A stretch of 45,456 nucleotides of DNA, taken from a virus. Lineage: Duplodnaviria; Caudoviricetes. Made by a program: the position numbers and the translations under genes. This document shows, in pieces, positions 44,683 through 45,456 of the stretch (position 1 is the stretch's first letter; every line of letters begins with the position of its first letter). The stretch covers positions 1-45,456 of the IMG/VR virus record IMGVR_UViG_3300004633_000352. One strand, 5' to 3'. The notes beneath the pieces are model-generated. The model had not been told where the DNA came from, did not search any database, and saw only the letters and a list, made by a program, of their open reading frames with translations.

Positions 44683-45456
44683 ACGAGAAGTGTACCGCAG
44701 GATCGCGCGTATCGCAATAGCTGGCGTGAAAAAAATACCAAACCCCGCATCCGCCACCGTTGCGCCTCCCGCACCGCCTGCATGGCGGATCGCACCCTCC
44801 CTCAGGACGCCCGCCTCGCTTATTACTGGATGGACGACTACGCCGGCGCCGGCGGCATCGCCTACCCCAAGCAGGCTACCTTGGCCGCCAAGCTGGGCTG
44901 CTCGCGTCAACAGGCAGGGCGGCTGGTCGCCGTCCTGGTCGAGCACGGCTGGCTGATCCCGATCGCGCGCACCGGGCGGGCGATCCGTTACCAGCTCAAG
45001 TGGGCATTTGCCGGGACAGTTGCCGGGACAGTTGCCGGTGTGACCGGCGCATCAGATGAGGGTATTCGGGCGGAGCATCGCAACTCTATATGCAATCCGG
45101 TGTGTAACCAGCCTGAGGTGCAGGCGCAGCAACCGGCGGAAAGTGCGGTGACAGAGCCGCCGCCGGCGCCCGAGCCGGAACCCGACCCGCCTGTTGAAGA
45201 CGAACCGCCAGAGCAGCCAGAGCAGCCAGAGCAGCCAGAGCAGCCTGCGATACCCTGCGAGACACGAACGGAAGAGCCACAACAAAACAGAACTGAGATG
45301 GAAGAACAACAAAAACCACCGAAACAATCCTCGGCGGTGCCTCGCTGCGTGCGTTGCGGCGTGCGGCCGAAATGGAAACTCGAACCCGCTAGCAGAACCA
45401 AGCTTGGATGGTATAGGCCCAGTGGCCTTCGGCTGGAATGCAAATGTGCGCCTCGG
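44662..45456 (+). CDS. Winged-HTH replication-initiator-like protein (3' truncated by the window)
   Basis: SD AAAGGA; open to the window end; DRTLPQDARLAY..AYPKQATLAAKLGCSRQQ..LVEHGWL; absent from the ORF track because it has no stop. Confidence 0.75.
   Translation, partial: MPMQAPYTRSVPQDRAYRNSWREKNTKPRIRHRCASRTACMADRTLPQDARLAYYWMDDYAGAGGIAYPKQATLAAKLGCSRQQAGRLVAVLVEHGWLIPIARTGRAIRYQLKWAFAGTVAGTVAGVTGASDEGIRAEHRNSICNPVCNQPEVQAQQPAESAVTEPPPAPEPEPDPPVEDEPPEQPEQPEQPEQPAIPCETRTEEPQQNRTEMEEQQKPPKQSSAVPRCVRCGVRPKWKLEPASRTKLGWYRPSGLRLECKCAPR

Larger units (their letters stand above)
1..45456. mobile_element. Tailed phage/prophage segment (siphovirus-like)
   Basis: Canonical order neck - tail tube - chaperones - tape measure - Dit - tail tip - fibres, followed by an opposing replication module; no host housekeeping genes or boundaries seen. 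Confidence 0.95.

Noticed and set aside
44688-44697. Self-target of the spacer-like sequence (shared AAGTGTACCG)
   Set aside because: A 10-nt match is expected by chance in 45 kb on two strands

Overview
GC-rich segment of a tailed dsDNA phage or prophage with a siphovirus-like non-contractile tail. The PEP-CTERM protein and the FN3/Ig surface proteins suggest an Acidobacteriota-like host, which is an inference. Layout: (1) 1-18.9 kb, + strand: neck and tail module with tail tube, a G/GT-type chaperone pair with a -1 slippery site, tape measure, Dit-like protein, large tail-tip protein and two fibres. (2) 19-24 kb, mostly - strand: cargo cassette of surface proteins (PEP-CTERM, FN3/Ig, lipoprotein). 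(3) 24-39 kb, - strand: replication/recombination module with a family A DNA polymerase split into a UDG+exonuclease gene and an intein-bearing polymerase gene, ERCC4 nuclease, AAA ATPase, PD-(D/E)xK nuclease, DinG helicase, MCM-like ATPase and a ParB-domain protein. (4) A palindromic origin-like region at 39.4-39.7 kb, then rightward early genes ending in a truncated HTH initiator-like gene. Most notable: a solitary type I-C CRISPR-like repeat behind its own promoter (candidate RNA anti-CRISPR or crRNA mimic); more than 25 short tandem duplications concentrated at gene junctions, alongside a PolA that has lost several normally conserved residues; and several candidate small RNAs, one antisense to the start of the initiator gene. 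All protein calls are motif recognition by eye; no database searches were run. No integrase, terminase, capsid, endolysin, primase or reverse transcriptase was recognised.
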